NCBI GenBank assembly: GCA_038850285.1
Contig: JAWCMA010000005.1
Coordinates: forward strand, 1 to 54,805
Origin: Methanocellales archaeon
Lineage (GTDB): Archaea; Halobacteriota; JAWCLZ01
DNA: 54,805 bases
Direction of reading: 5' to 3'
In this document: positions 30,339 to 39,623 of the stretch, piece after piece
Position numbering within the stretch: position 1 is the first letter of the stretch
How the letters are laid out: the number at the start of each line of letters is the position of its first letter
Notes under the pieces: generated by a model
Database searches by the model: none
Told to the model about the DNA's origin: nothing
The model's input: the letters and a program-made list of their open reading frames with translations, nothing else
Made by a program: the position numbers and the translations under genes

Positions 30339-32462
30339 TCAGAGTAGCATTTGAAAGTTGAGATAGGGATCGCACCACTGCGACCACCATTGCACTGGAT
30401 TCTTCACCGGTATCAATTTTTCTTCCCCTGAGCTGAATAGCTCGCTATTATAGAAGATTGCAGCTTCAGTCATTTGATGCTCTAAATTTGAAATTAAAAT
30501 TTGCTTAATCATTTCCACTTCACCTGTTTTTTGAAGCAGGTGAATTAAATAAGGTGTATCCCTAGGCCATACGACTCCCTCGTGATATTCATTGTCATCG
30601 AAGTAAATCCTTCGCAGGGAATTTTTCAAAATAACTCCAAAGGGCTTTCCATTTCTATATGCGAGTAATGAACTCTTGATGTTTTCCATAAAAGCTTTTA
30701 TTTCATCCTCGCTGAATATATTTAAATCTACTAGCAGTGCCATTGCAGTTAAAGCAAGAGAGCCAACTATGCTATCCTTTTTACCATGAAGGGTTATAGC
30801 ATTGTAAAGTAAATTTTTGCTCCAGAATAATTCTCGAAAGCTATATTTGGCTTTTGTTAATAATAATTCGCAGCTCTCCCTCAAAGCTCTATTCCTAGCA
30901 TTATCTGGAGCGAGCTTTGTAATTTCAACTATAAAAGCTAATGCTTTAATCCACTGGGCATTGATCTCAGGCAGGAAGAATTTTGGCTTGCAGGCCTCGC
31001 TCTCGGCATTTTTACCGAATTCTTGAATTAAGTTGATTGCCATTTCCTCTGAGAGGCGAGTTGGCATTAATGCTGAAATGCCCTCAACTTGATACCATCT
31101 CTTGCTATCACACCAAGAATGCCAAGCTGGTATTGAGATCAAGCCATTTTCATGTAGAACTGGCGTGCCATTTACAGTCTCCAAATTAGCTTTCATATAG
31201 CCTTTAAGAGTTGCTTCAAAAGCTCTTAAAATTAAGCTCGCGAGTTTTTTGTCTCTAACTATATTCAAGTACCTCCCAGCGGTGATGTATAGCAATAGAG
31301 TTGCATCTGCACCATTATAATCCACTTCTCCATATGGAGTGATTCTATTTGGCACTTGTCCATTTTCATTGAGGTAATCTAGAGCAAGGAGTATGCATCT
31401 TTTTATCTCAAGCTGCTTGTCCAAGATTAAAAGAGTCTCGAGATTGCTAAGCAAGCCCTCGAAGGTATCTCTAAACCAAGGACTGCGGAACCAGAAATCC
31501 CCGGCTTCCTGTATTTTAACCTCCTTTATGTACATTCCAAAGCTCAGCATTGCAAGTACTCTAGAAATGATAGCTCTGAGATTCTCTTTAGAGGTGCTTT
31601 TTAGATCTAGCTTGTGAATTACCTCTGCAGCTATCTCGCGCTCAATTGCTTCATTTTCATTATATTCTCGACTTGCCCTCTCAAATAGCTTCAACGCTGC
31701 TTCTCGAGATTTACCGCAGGTTATTATCAATATAATTTTATTTCTCCAGGAAAACTCCAGCTCACCTAGGGAAACAATTTGCTTGCTCTCGCCTTTGAAT
31801 TTTATCTCACCATTTCTAAGCTCTCTAAAACCTGATCCAAGTTTATACCACCAGTTAATGCTTTCCTTCCACTCTCTTAACTTTGGCATTAAATCAACTG
31901 CGCCTACAACTATGCACTTTTCAGCTCTCCTTATCAATAATTTTCCATCCTCAACAGCGCCTTGATGTGCTTCGGGATTGGAGGCTTCATACATATGGCG
32001 TATATCAGCATAGGGCTCTATATCTATTGCTATATCCTTGGAATATTCCTCAGGTGCTTGCAGGGTTAATAGAACTCTTGCAGCGCCCTCACTCATTTTT
32101 TCATATCGAAGTAAATAATAGTCTACATCGAGCTTGAAATTCTCACCTATATAGCGATAGATCATCTTCCAAGGGTAAAGTAATACTGAGCTTGCTTCCA
32201 AGGGTAGATAGCGGCCCTCTTTTTTAATTCCAATAGCAATGCCATCTAAGAACTTCCAATTCTCCCCATTGATTAACGTGTGAAGGCCTTGATAGGGATA
32301 ATCTCTATTGGGAATTACTTTATCCTCAAAGCAGCATGAGAAAAGCGATTGAGACCAAGTCGCTTGAGGGCGCTTTAAAACAGCTTGCTTTATAAATGCA
32401 CCACTGTAACTTAAATCTTCAACTGCGGGTAATTCTAATGCTAAATCCTCCGTAGAAATCAT
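30339..32462 (-). CDS. Amylo-alpha-1,6-glucosidase / glycogen debranching-like protein
   Basis: AGDFWF..WFRD, VPN, ADATLL, EINAQW, YHEGVVWP, SELF, QWWS. Confidence 0.78.
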   Translation of the reverse strand: MISTEDLALELPAVEDLSYSGAFIKQAVLKRPQATWSQSLFSCCFEDKVIPNRDYPYQGLHTLINGENWKFLDGIAIGIKKEGRYLPLEASSVLLYPWKMIYRYIGENFKLDVDYYLLRYEKMSEGAARVLLTLQAPEEYSKDIAIDIEPYADIRHMYEASNPEAHQGAVEDGKLLIRRAEKCIVVGAVDLMPKLREWKESINWWYKLGSGFRELRNGEIKFKGESKQIVSLGELEFSWRNKIILIITCGKSREAALKLFERASREYNENEAIEREIAAEVIHKLDLKSTSKENLRAIISRVLAMLSFGMYIKEVKIQEAGDFWFRSPWFRDTFEGLLSNLETLLILDKQLEIKRCILLALDYLNENGQVPNRITPYGEVDYNGADATLLLYITAGRYLNIVRDKKLASLILRAFEATLKGYMKANLETVNGTPVLHENGLISIPAWHSWCDSKRWYQVEGISALMPTRLSEEMAINLIQEFGKNAESEACKPKFFLPEINAQWIKALAFIVEITKLAPDNARNRALRESCELLLTKAKYSFRELFWSKNLLYNAITLHGKKDSIVGSLALTAMALLVDLNIFSEDEIKAFMENIKSSLLAYRNGKPFGVILKNSLRRIYFDDNEYHEGVVWPRDTPYLIHLLQKTGEVEMIKQILISNLEHQMTEAAIFYNSELFSSGEEKLIPVKNPVQWWSQWCDPYLNFQMLL

Positions 32463-32551
32463 AGTTACCTATTAATGCTGAGAATACTTAAAATTTGTTT
32501 TTAATTTCTCGTGCTATGCTGTATAAAAGAAAAGGGAAAGGGAAGAATTTC

Positions 32552-33583
32552 TTACTCCACTTCCTGTCCTGGCCACATTAGCTTTCTAAGTTTCTTCCCT
32601 GTTACTTCAAATTTATGCTTGCTTGCCTTCTCCAGCGGCTTCCCAAAGGCTTTCCTTCCTTCTTTCTGCCACACAGCGATCCATTCCTTGGCAAACTTTC
32701 CACTTTGGATTTCTCTAAGTCTTTGCTTCATAGCTTTTTTAACTCCATCGCCATAGATAAGCGGGCCTCGGGTTAAGCTGCCGTAGCGAGCGGTTTCACT
32801 ACAGGCATTCCACATTCCCACAAGTCCCTTTTGAAACTCTATATCCTCAAGTAGCTTGCGTTCATGTCCCACTTCAAAGTATGCAACCTCCGGTTGAAAG
32901 CCAGCTTCTATTAATACCTCAAAAGCAAGCATCTTTATAAATGGCGCGGCGCAGAGGAAAACTTGCTCCCCGAATAAATCAGTCTCAGTTTCTTCTTTAA
33001 AAGTAGTTTTAACCACACCTGGTTTAGTTGCCCCTATTCCCTTAGCGATGGCAAGCACCCGCTCCCAAGCTCTACCTGTGGCATTTTGCTTCACAGCAAC
33101 CAGTGCGGGAGTGCCAAAGCCATCTAAATAGGTTTGGCGAATTTTATCACCAGGCCCCTTTGGCGCGACCATTATAACATCCGTTGTTTTAGGAGGCCTT
33201 ATCTGCTTGAAATGAATGTTAAATCCATGTGCAAAATCAAGTGCTTGACCGCTGCGTATATTGGGAGCAATATGACTTTGATAGACAGAGGGAGCTACCA
33301 TATCTGGTACAAGCAGCATGAGAATATCAGCTTTTTTCACCGCTTCAGCGATGGGATAAACCTCGAAGCCCTCTTTCTCAGCTTTCTCCCAGCTGCTCTC
33401 TTTATCAGGATGTCTTTTTCTAGACTCCTCTTTCGGCTCAGCTCCAACTATTACTTTAAGCCCCGAATCCCTCAAGTTAAGTGCTTGAGCATGTCCCTGC
33501 CTCCCTCCAAATCCAATCACAGCTATCTTTTCATTTTTAATTGGATCGAGAATGACATCCTTGTCATACCACATCTTAGCCAT
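32552..33583 (-). CDS. ilvC: Ketol-acid reductoisomerase (divergent)
   Basis: QGHAQALNLRDSG, FAHGFNIH, APKGPG, EETETDLFGEQ, TARYG. Confidence 0.92.
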   Translation of the reverse strand: MAKMWYDKDVILDPIKNEKIAVIGFGGRQGHAQALNLRDSGLKVIVGAEPKEESRKRHPDKESSWEKAEKEGFEVYPIAEAVKKADILMLLVPDMVAPSVYQSHIAPNIRSGQALDFAHGFNIHFKQIRPPKTTDVIMVAPKGPGDKIRQTYLDGFGTPALVAVKQNATGRAWERVLAIAKGIGATKPGVVKTTFKEETETDLFGEQVFLCAAPFIKMLAFEVLIEAGFQPEVAYFEVGHERKLLEDIEFQKGLVGMWNACSETARYGSLTRGPLIYGDGVKKAMKQRLREIQSGKFAKEWIAVWQKEGRKAFGKPLEKASKHKFEVTGKKLRKLMWPGQEVE

Positions 33584-33823
33584 AGAAACCACCTAATTTG
33601 CGCAATTATTCTTTTATTGTATTAAAATATTCCGCATGCTCCAGTTCTTTGCTCTTCAACTTGGTTTAAAGATTGAAATGAAATATTATGAAGGGAGCTG
33701 AGGATTTATGGAGATGAGGACTAAGAGTTAAAAACTTAGAACTTAGCATCCATTATCCATTAAAACCAAGCATAGAATGCTTTTAAATAGACGCAGTTTA
33801 AAACTACTAGCGGGTGAAGTAAT

Positions 33824-35008
33824 TTGAGTAAGGTAGTGCTAGCTTACTCAGGGGGCTTAGATACCTCAGTTTGCATTCCCCTGCTACGGGAGGAATATAA
33901 GTTTAAGGAAGTAATCACGGTCACAGTGGACGTGGGACAGCCTGAGAGTGACATTAAGCAAGCTGAGCTAAGAGCTGCTAAACTTGGGGCTCGCCACTAT
34001 ACTATAGACGCTAAAGAGGAATTCGTTCGGGATTATATCTATCCATTGATCAAAGCCAATGGCTGCTATGAAGGCTATGTACTTGGCACGGCTATAGCTA
34101 GGCCTTTAATAGCTCGAAAAACCGTGGAAGTAGCACTTAAGGAAAAAGCAGATGCATTGGCGCATGGTGCAACTGGAAAGGGCAATGACCAGCTTAGATT
34201 TGATGCAGTATTTAGAGCCACTGGTTTAAGAATAGTAGCACCAATGAGAGAACTCAACTTAACTCGAGAGTGGGAAATTGAATATGCTAAGCAGAAGGGC
34301 ATAGAGGTGGAAGCAACTAAGGCAAAGCCTTGGAGTGTTGATGAAAACATCTGGAGCCGGAGTATAGAGGGAGGCGAGCTAGAGGATCCAAGTTATATTC
34401 CACCTGAGGAGATCTATGAATGGACGGTTTCAGCTGAAAAAGCACTTGATCAAGCTGAAGTGGTTGAAATTCAATTTGAAAAAGGTATACCAGTTGCGCT
34501 AAATGGTGAGAGAAAAGCTGAAGTGGCTTTGATCAAAAAACTCAATGAAATAGGGGGAAAACACGGCGTGGGTAGAAAAGATTTCATAGAGGATAGAGTA
34601 CTTGGATTGAAAGCTAGAGAAAACTATGAACATCCAGCTGCTACTATTTTGCTCACAGCACATAGAGATTTAGAGCAGTTAGTATTATCCAGGAGCGAGC
34701 TTCGCTTTAAGGCAATTGTGGATCAAACTTGGGCTGAATTGGTATATCAAGGCTTAATCGATGAACCCCTCTTCCTAGCTCTCAATGCATTTATAGATAA
34801 AACTCAAGAGAGAGTAACAGGAATGGTGAAGCTCAAGCTTTATAAGGGCAGCGCTAGGGTTATAGCTAGAAGCTCGCCATATGCACTCTACAGCAGAGAA
34901 CTCGTTTCCTTCGACTTAAAAACATTTGACCAGAGAGATGCAGCTGGTTACTCTAAATTCCACGGTTTTCAAGCTAGATTATATAAGCAGTTTGAGGGGA
35001 AATTCTAA
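33824..35008 (+). CDS. argG: Argininosuccinate synthase
   Basis: [37 protein letters not shown]. Confidence 0.97.
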   Translation: MSKVVLAYSGGLDTSVCIPLLREEYKFKEVITVTVDVGQPESDIKQAELRAAKLGARHYTIDAKEEFVRDYIYPLIKANGCYEGYVLGTAIARPLIARKTVEVALKEKADALAHGATGKGNDQLRFDAVFRATGLRIVAPMRELNLTREWEIEYAKQKGIEVEATKAKPWSVDENIWSRSIEGGELEDPSYIPPEEIYEWTVSAEKALDQAEVVEIQFEKGIPVALNGERKAEVALIKKLNEIGGKHGVGRKDFIEDRVLGLKARENYEHPAATILLTAHRDLEQLVLSRSELRFKAIVDQTWAELVYQGLIDEPLFLALNAFIDKTQERVTGMVKLKLYKGSARVIARSSPYALYSRELVSFDLKTFDQRDAAGYSKFHGFQARLYKQFEGKF

Positions 35009-35889
35009 AAAGGCGTGCCCTCTATTTCAGTAAGGCGCTTGAAGCCCTGCATCAATTGCTTAGTTACTTCACCGGGCTTGCCATTTCCAATCACCCGGCC
35101 ATCGATCTTAACCACTGGAGCAATCTCAGCAGCCGTCCCTGTTACGAATACTTCATCTGCGGTGTAGAGGTCAAAAAGCCCTAAGTTTTTCTCCACTACC
35201 TTCAAATTAAGCTGATTTGCAACCTCGATAGCAGCTTGCCTAGTAATGCCCCTTAAATTATTAAGCGTGGGGGGAGTGTAAATTACTCCATCTTTCACTA
35301 TGAAGATATTATCCCCGCTGCCCTCAGATATATTGCCCTGGATATCTAGAAAGATAGCTTCATCCCCGCCCTTTTCATTTGCCTCTATCTTAGCCAGCAC
35401 ATTATTCAAATAATTCAATGATTTAATATTAGGTGGAAGCGCATCAATGGGATTCCTTCTAATCCCAACGGTTACTGCCCTCAACCCCTTTTCATAGAGA
35501 TTGCCATATAGTGCTCCCCATTCTTGAGTTATCACAATCACACTTGGCTTTATGCACTTGCGAGGATCAAGACCTAGATCTCCAACTCCCCGGGTTATAA
35601 TGGGCCTAATATATGCATCCTTCAATCCATTTCTACGCAAGCATTCTAGGATAACAGCCTTAAACTCTGACTTAGATAGAGGTGGGGTTAAGCAAATTGC
35701 CCTCGCGGAATCGAATAAGCGATCGATGTGCTCATCCAGTCGAAAAACCTTGCCATTATAAGCACGTATGCCTTCGAAAACGCCATCGCCATATAGAAAG
35801 CCATGATCGTAGACTGAGATCTTGGCCTCGTTCTTCCTATAGTAATTACCATCGATGTAGATAAATAAATCAGCATTGGAGGAGCTCAT
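35005..35889 (-). CDS. ilvE: Branched-chain amino acid aminotransferase
   Basis: [32 protein letters not shown]. Confidence 0.95.
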   Translation of the reverse strand: MSSSNADLFIYIDGNYYRKNEAKISVYDHGFLYGDGVFEGIRAYNGKVFRLDEHIDRLFDSARAICLTPPLSKSEFKAVILECLRRNGLKDAYIRPIITRGVGDLGLDPRKCIKPSVIVITQEWGALYGNLYEKGLRAVTVGIRRNPIDALPPNIKSLNYLNNVLAKIEANEKGGDEAIFLDIQGNISEGSGDNIFIVKDGVIYTPPTLNNLRGITRQAAIEVANQLNLKVVEKNLGLFDLYTADEVFVTGTAAEIAPVVKIDGRVIGNGKPGEVTKQLMQGFKRLTEIEGTPF

Positions 35890-35958
35890 ATTTTCACCTA
35901 TCTGCGCTGATACTAATACTTACAGCTTATTTAACCTTTCTTTAAAGAAGCAGCTTAG

Positions 35959-36039
35959 GGGAGCGGTGGGCTCCATTTTTAGGAGTCCCAGTGGTAATCG
36001 AATCTCAAGCCGCTGTAGATTTCGATGTACCCCGCTCCC
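35959..36039 (-). ncRNA. Unassigned GC-rich three-way-junction structured RNA (strand inferred from a promoter-like sequence)
   Basis: P1 GGGAGCGG/CCGCTCCC, P2 TGGG-CTCC/GGAG-T-CCCA, P3 GGTA-ATCGA-ATCT/AGAT-T-TCGAT-G-TACC; minus-strand TATA-like TTTATCTA at 36063-36070. Confidence 0.55.
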
Positions 36040-36094
36040 AATTTAAATATTGAAATTTCAAATAGATAAAGCTTGTTTTTAAAAAATAAACCAG

Positions 36095-36526
36095 TTAGTC
36101 CTTGAACCAAGGCGGGTTTAATATTTCATCCATATCTATACTTATCCATCTATTTTTATAATATATTCCCTCCTCTAGCAATATTCTTATGAAGGTTATT
36201 GAGAAGCAATTGTAGCAGTAGAATTCAAAGAACTTCCCATTAAGAATCTTAGCTTGCTCAACTCCAAGGTCGATGTTCCTGCCAGCTTGAATATCAATTA
36301 TTTGAATCTCCCCATTCTCCCTCGCTACTTCAAGTAGAAATTCCTCCGCATAGCTAGCTAGCTCTTGAAATATGGCTATCTCTTTGAAGTATATATTAAC
36401 AGTGCCAATGGTATATTGCTCTGCTCGTTCAATTTTAAAGCAAATTGGTTTTTCCAGTCTGCAGTCGCCTTTAAATTTCCCTTCAATTGCACTGCAGAGC
36501 TTTAAAATAAGCTGACACATCTTCAT
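36095..36526 (-). CDS. Hypothetical protein
   Basis: 143-aa ORF with protein-like composition; no family recognised. Confidence 0.45.
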   Translation of the reverse strand: MKMCQLILKLCSAIEGKFKGDCRLEKPICFKIERAEQYTIGTVNIYFKEIAIFQELASYAEEFLLEVARENGEIQIIDIQAGRNIDLGVEQAKILNGKFFEFYCYNCFSITFIRILLEEGIYYKNRWISIDMDEILNPPWFKD

Positions 36527-37404
36527 TCCCCTCGCTAGAAAGCTCTTTGAAGGGTTTCAAAATCAAATAAACCCCTGATATAACTGCTAATAGGAAGATT
36601 AAAATAGCTGGGCCTATCTGAAGTCTCCCCGCCGTGGGGATTGAATGAAAACTGCGTCTCTCCTCGAATGAGAAAAGTGGAGAAATGCAAAAGAGCCGTG
36701 GCAGTAGTATGCCAAGATTCATTTAAACTCCAATTTGAGGTATTTAAATTTAAATTAAAGCTTATTTTATATATGTATTGTGCAGGATATAAATGCTTCA
36801 AGAAGTTAAGATGAAAAGTTTATGAATACCAGGATTTACAGCCAAAGGGTAATGTATTAACCAAGTTATACCCTGCTTAATTCTAACAGGATTATTAACC
36901 TCGATAATCATACAGCTTGCCGCCTGGAGCGAAGTTAAATCTAACTTCCACCTTATCCCACGCTCCCCCTCACTTCTCACCAGGTGGAATGTGAAGGAAC
37001 TTGAAATAAAGCGAATTCAACATTATACCAAAAATAAAAAAGGTTAGGATTCTAATTATTGATGTACAAATAATGAAAAATAGGAACTCGCATCTAAGGC
37101 GTAGAAGAACTCTATGAACTATATCTCTAATGATGCGCATTCTCTGCCAAGTACTGTAACCTCTATACCTAAATAAAGAGGAAGGCCTTGTTTGTTCTTC
37201 CATTCCTATCTCAAAGAGGAAGTGGCAAATAAATTGAAAAAGCCTTTTTATACTAAGATAGAGCTTGCAAAGTTAATCATTAAAGCTTCTGCCTCTCTCC
37301 TAAGTCTAGCTTCCTTATATTCGATGCTTGGTACTTCGCTAAGGATATTAAATATATTAAATATAATATAAATATTTCTGATAATTGGAGGTTATAAATT
37401 AAAG

Positions 37405-37623
37405 CTAACCCCCGCTGACCACTCTTAAAATCTTGAGCTCACCATCTCTCTCGATTTCTTCATCAAGTGCAATTGGATTTCCATCTCTAAGCACCACATA
37501 TACCTCGGGATTTAAATTTAAAAAAAGAAGTAAGTCTTCATAGGTCTTAGTTTTAGCCTCATCCACTTCGATCTCTTGCACATAGGTGCGGTCTGAAAAA
37601 ATTTTTGCCTTAAGTCTAATTAT
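37405..37623 (-). CDS. Ubiquitin-like sulfur carrier / SAMP (ThiS/MoaD fold), apparent ATA start; missed by the ORF track
   Basis: Translates (M)IRLKAKIFSDRTYVQEIEVDEAKTKTYEDLLLFLNLNPEVYVVLRDGNPIALDEEIERDGELKILRVVSGG*. C-terminal GG; SD-like GAGGGGTG upstream. Confidence 0.82.
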   Translation of the reverse strand: MIRLKAKIFSDRTYVQEIEVDEAKTKTYEDLLLFLNLNPEVYVVLRDGNPIALDEEIERDGELKILRVVSGG

Positions 37624-37742
37624 ATTTCAACACCCCTCGGGTTTTTCAAATCAAGCAAGTTCTCAGCAATCAATTTCTCCTCAAGAGCCCTCATCTTCTT
37701 AGTTCCCTTACGCTGCAGCTCACGCTTGCGATATTTCGCCAT
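37620..37742 (-). CDS. Small basic 40-aa protein
   Basis: MAKYRKRELQRKGTKKMRALEEKLIAENLLDLKNPRGVEI*; its TAA overlaps the putative SAMP start (ATAA). Confidence 0.5.
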   Translation of the reverse strand: MAKYRKRELQRKGTKKMRALEEKLIAENLLDLKNPRGVEI

Positions 37743-37795
37743 TTTCAATCCCAACATTTAATTGCCTTGAGAGCTATTAATATTTTTGATCCAAA

Positions 37796-37881
37796 GCCGA
37801 GGTGGCAGAGCGGTCTAATGCGGCAGGCTCGAGACCTGTTGCCTCGCCTGAGGCGCTTGGGTTCAAATCCCAACCTCGGCG
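37796..37881 (+). tRNA. tRNA-Ser(CGA)
   Basis: GCCGAGG/CCTCGGC acceptor, GCAGG-CT-CGA-GA-CCTGT anticodon arm, long variable arm, TTCAAAT T-loop, G discriminator. Confidence 0.95.
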
Positions 37882-38316
37882 TAAATCTCTCGTTTAACGC
37901 TCTTTTCTAAAAAAGGGCATATAGTTTTTTGGTTATATGCTCATAAAAAATGCAAGCATTTTGATTTTAATCTGAGGAGGTATCAAGCTTGTTGCCTATC
38001 CCGATTGCCCTCTTGTGACTTCAAATATCATTGTGGCAATTTCATCGGCATCATTACTTCTGATCTCCATCGCGAATCTCTCACGCCTTCGCGTTAGCGT
38101 GAGCTATTTTATTTCAAATGAATCATTATAGATGGCATCTGCCTTTTGCACTGTAAAGCAGAATCTAGCTCCCCTGGTAGGATTAAAGGAAACGAGAAAC
38201 TTAATGACTGGCAGAATCTCGTAGAGAGATAGATTAAAGATCCAAACTAAATCTAAATCAAAATAAATTAATATCATTGTGATCATTGTTTCAATTAACT
38301 TCTTGGAGGAATAGTT

Positions 38317-38685
38317 TTGGCAATTGAAGATTTGATTAGGCTCTCGGTAGAGAAGTTATCGGAAATGGTAACGAGCGAGACAGTTGTTGGTAAAGAAATC
38401 AAAGTGGGAGATAAGTCAATAATCCCTCTGGTCAAAGTCTGCTTTGGTTTTGGAGGAGGCGGTGGGGAAGGAGAAGCTCCAGAAAAGACAGCAATTAAGA
38501 AAGGATTTGGAGGAGGTAGTGGAGCAGGTGCAACGATAGAGCCGGTAGCCCTCCTTCTAATAGATGGTGAAAAAATAGGTCTGCTACGCGTAGGCGCCAT
38601 CCCAGGTACTCTTGAAAAACTGATCGAAATGGTTCCAATGGTGATTGAGAAAATCAGAGTACCTCGAGAAGAAAAGGAAAAATAG
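38317..38685 (+). CDS. GerW/YtfJ-family protein
   Basis: ETVVGKEI..IIPLVKVCFGFGGGGG ... GGGSGAGATIEPVA. Confidence 0.88.
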   Translation: MAIEDLIRLSVEKLSEMVTSETVVGKEIKVGDKSIIPLVKVCFGFGGGGGEGEAPEKTAIKKGFGGGSGAGATIEPVALLLIDGEKIGLLRVGAIPGTLEKLIEMVPMVIEKIRVPREEKEK

Positions 38686-38731
38686 TCCTAATAATAGAAT
38701 CAGGGAATCAGGTTGATCAAGAGTGATTTAA

Positions 38732-39319
38732 TTGATGCAGCTACTGCTTTTTTTGTTTATTATTTTTATTTTTGCAATAATTCTATTCCTCATTCTATTT
38801 CTCCCCATCGATTTAGATTTTGAGATAATCTCCACGCCTAAGAAGAAGGAAAGGAAATACTTTATTAGCTGGCATATATTTCGAAGACAAATATCAATAG
38901 CGAAAAAAGAATCTAACGTGGAAAGGAAATTTGAATTCAAATTAGAGTATTTAGAATTCATGGGGCCAATCTTTGGCTTTATTCAAGAAGCCAAAAGGTC
39001 ACTTGTTATTAAAGACTTTACACTTTCAATATATTTTGGCACGTCAAATCCAGCATATACAGGAATGATTTTTGGCTACCTAAGCGCCTTACAATATGCT
39101 GCTATGGAAATGTTTCCTAAAATTTCATTCAATATCTCCTCAGACTTCTCAAAAGAAAGATTTGATTATTATTCAAAAGGAAGCATATCTCTAAAGCCAT
39201 ACCTCTTGCTTTCTGCCTTAATTAAATTCATGCTTAGAAAACCAATTCGCACGCTAATAAAAAATGAAATCTCAAGAAAATTGACCATCCATAGAAAAAC
39301 TATTTCACTAGGAACATAA
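38732..39319 (+). CDS. DUF2953 / YtfI-like membrane-anchored protein
   Basis: N-terminal TM anchor, FGTSNPAYTGMIFG motif, usual partner of YtfJ. Confidence 0.72.
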   Translation: MMQLLLFLFIIFIFAIILFLILFLPIDLDFEIISTPKKKERKYFISWHIFRRQISIAKKESNVERKFEFKLEYLEFMGPIFGFIQEAKRSLVIKDFTLSIYFGTSNPAYTGMIFGYLSALQYAAMEMFPKISFNISSDFSKERFDYYSKGSISLKPYLLLSALIKFMLRKPIRTLIKNEISRKLTIHRKTISLGT

Positions 39320-39339
39320 ATCCAAATAAAAAATTTGTA

Positions 39340-39498
39340 TTAAGATGATATTGTTGGAGTAATTTGAGCAATGGCGATGGAATAAGCGCTCCAATGAGGC
39401 TGGCAACTTGAGATCACCCCCACAGCTCTTTCTATATCTTCCTTCGTAGCTTTATCGAAGTCCTTGGTAAGCGCTCGCAAGCATTTGCGATAGGCTTT
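39340..39498 (-). pseudogene. Possible remnant of a tyrosine-integrase N-terminal (SAM-like) domain
   Basis: Start-less frame KAYRKCLRALTKDFDKATKEDIERAVGVISSCQPHWSAYS immediately 3' of tRNA-Thr; resembles the KxFxxATKEDI segment of archaeal integrases. Confidence 0.4.
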
Positions 39499-39504
39499 AA
39501 ATTA

Positions 39505-39591
39505 AGCCTCGGGCGAGATTTGAACTCGCGACCTGCTGATTTCTTGCTTTTGCTACAAGTCAGCCGCTCTACCCGGCTAAGCCACCGAGGC
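39505..39591 (-). tRNA. tRNA-Thr(TGT) with a 13-nt intron at 37/38 (39541-39553)
   Basis: GCCTCGG/CCGAGGC acceptor; GCTGA-CT-TGT-A^GCAAAAGCAAGAA^A-TCAGC; BHB motif with a CTTG/CAAG central helix. Confidence 0.94.
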
Positions 39592-39623
39592 ATTTTTCTT
39601 ATAATAGAAATTTTTGCTTTGAT

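Noticed and set aside
33660-33730. Possible C/D-box sRNA between ilvC and argG
   Set aside because: Only partial box-like words; no complete C/D'/C'/D arrangement.
35959-36039. Structured element as a tRNA, 5S rRNA, C/D sRNA or simple terminator
   Set aside because: It has no T-loop or anticodon arm, is too short and unlike 5S, has no RUGAUGA/CUGA boxes, and has three helices rather than one hairpin.
36623-38193. Two CRISPR-repeat-like strings: GTCTCCCCGCCGTGGGGATTGAATGAAAAC (36623-36652) and GCTCCCCTGGTAGGATTAAAGGAAAC (38168-38193)
   Set aside because: They are single, dissimilar copies 1.5 kb apart with no repeat-spacer periodicity and no cas genes.
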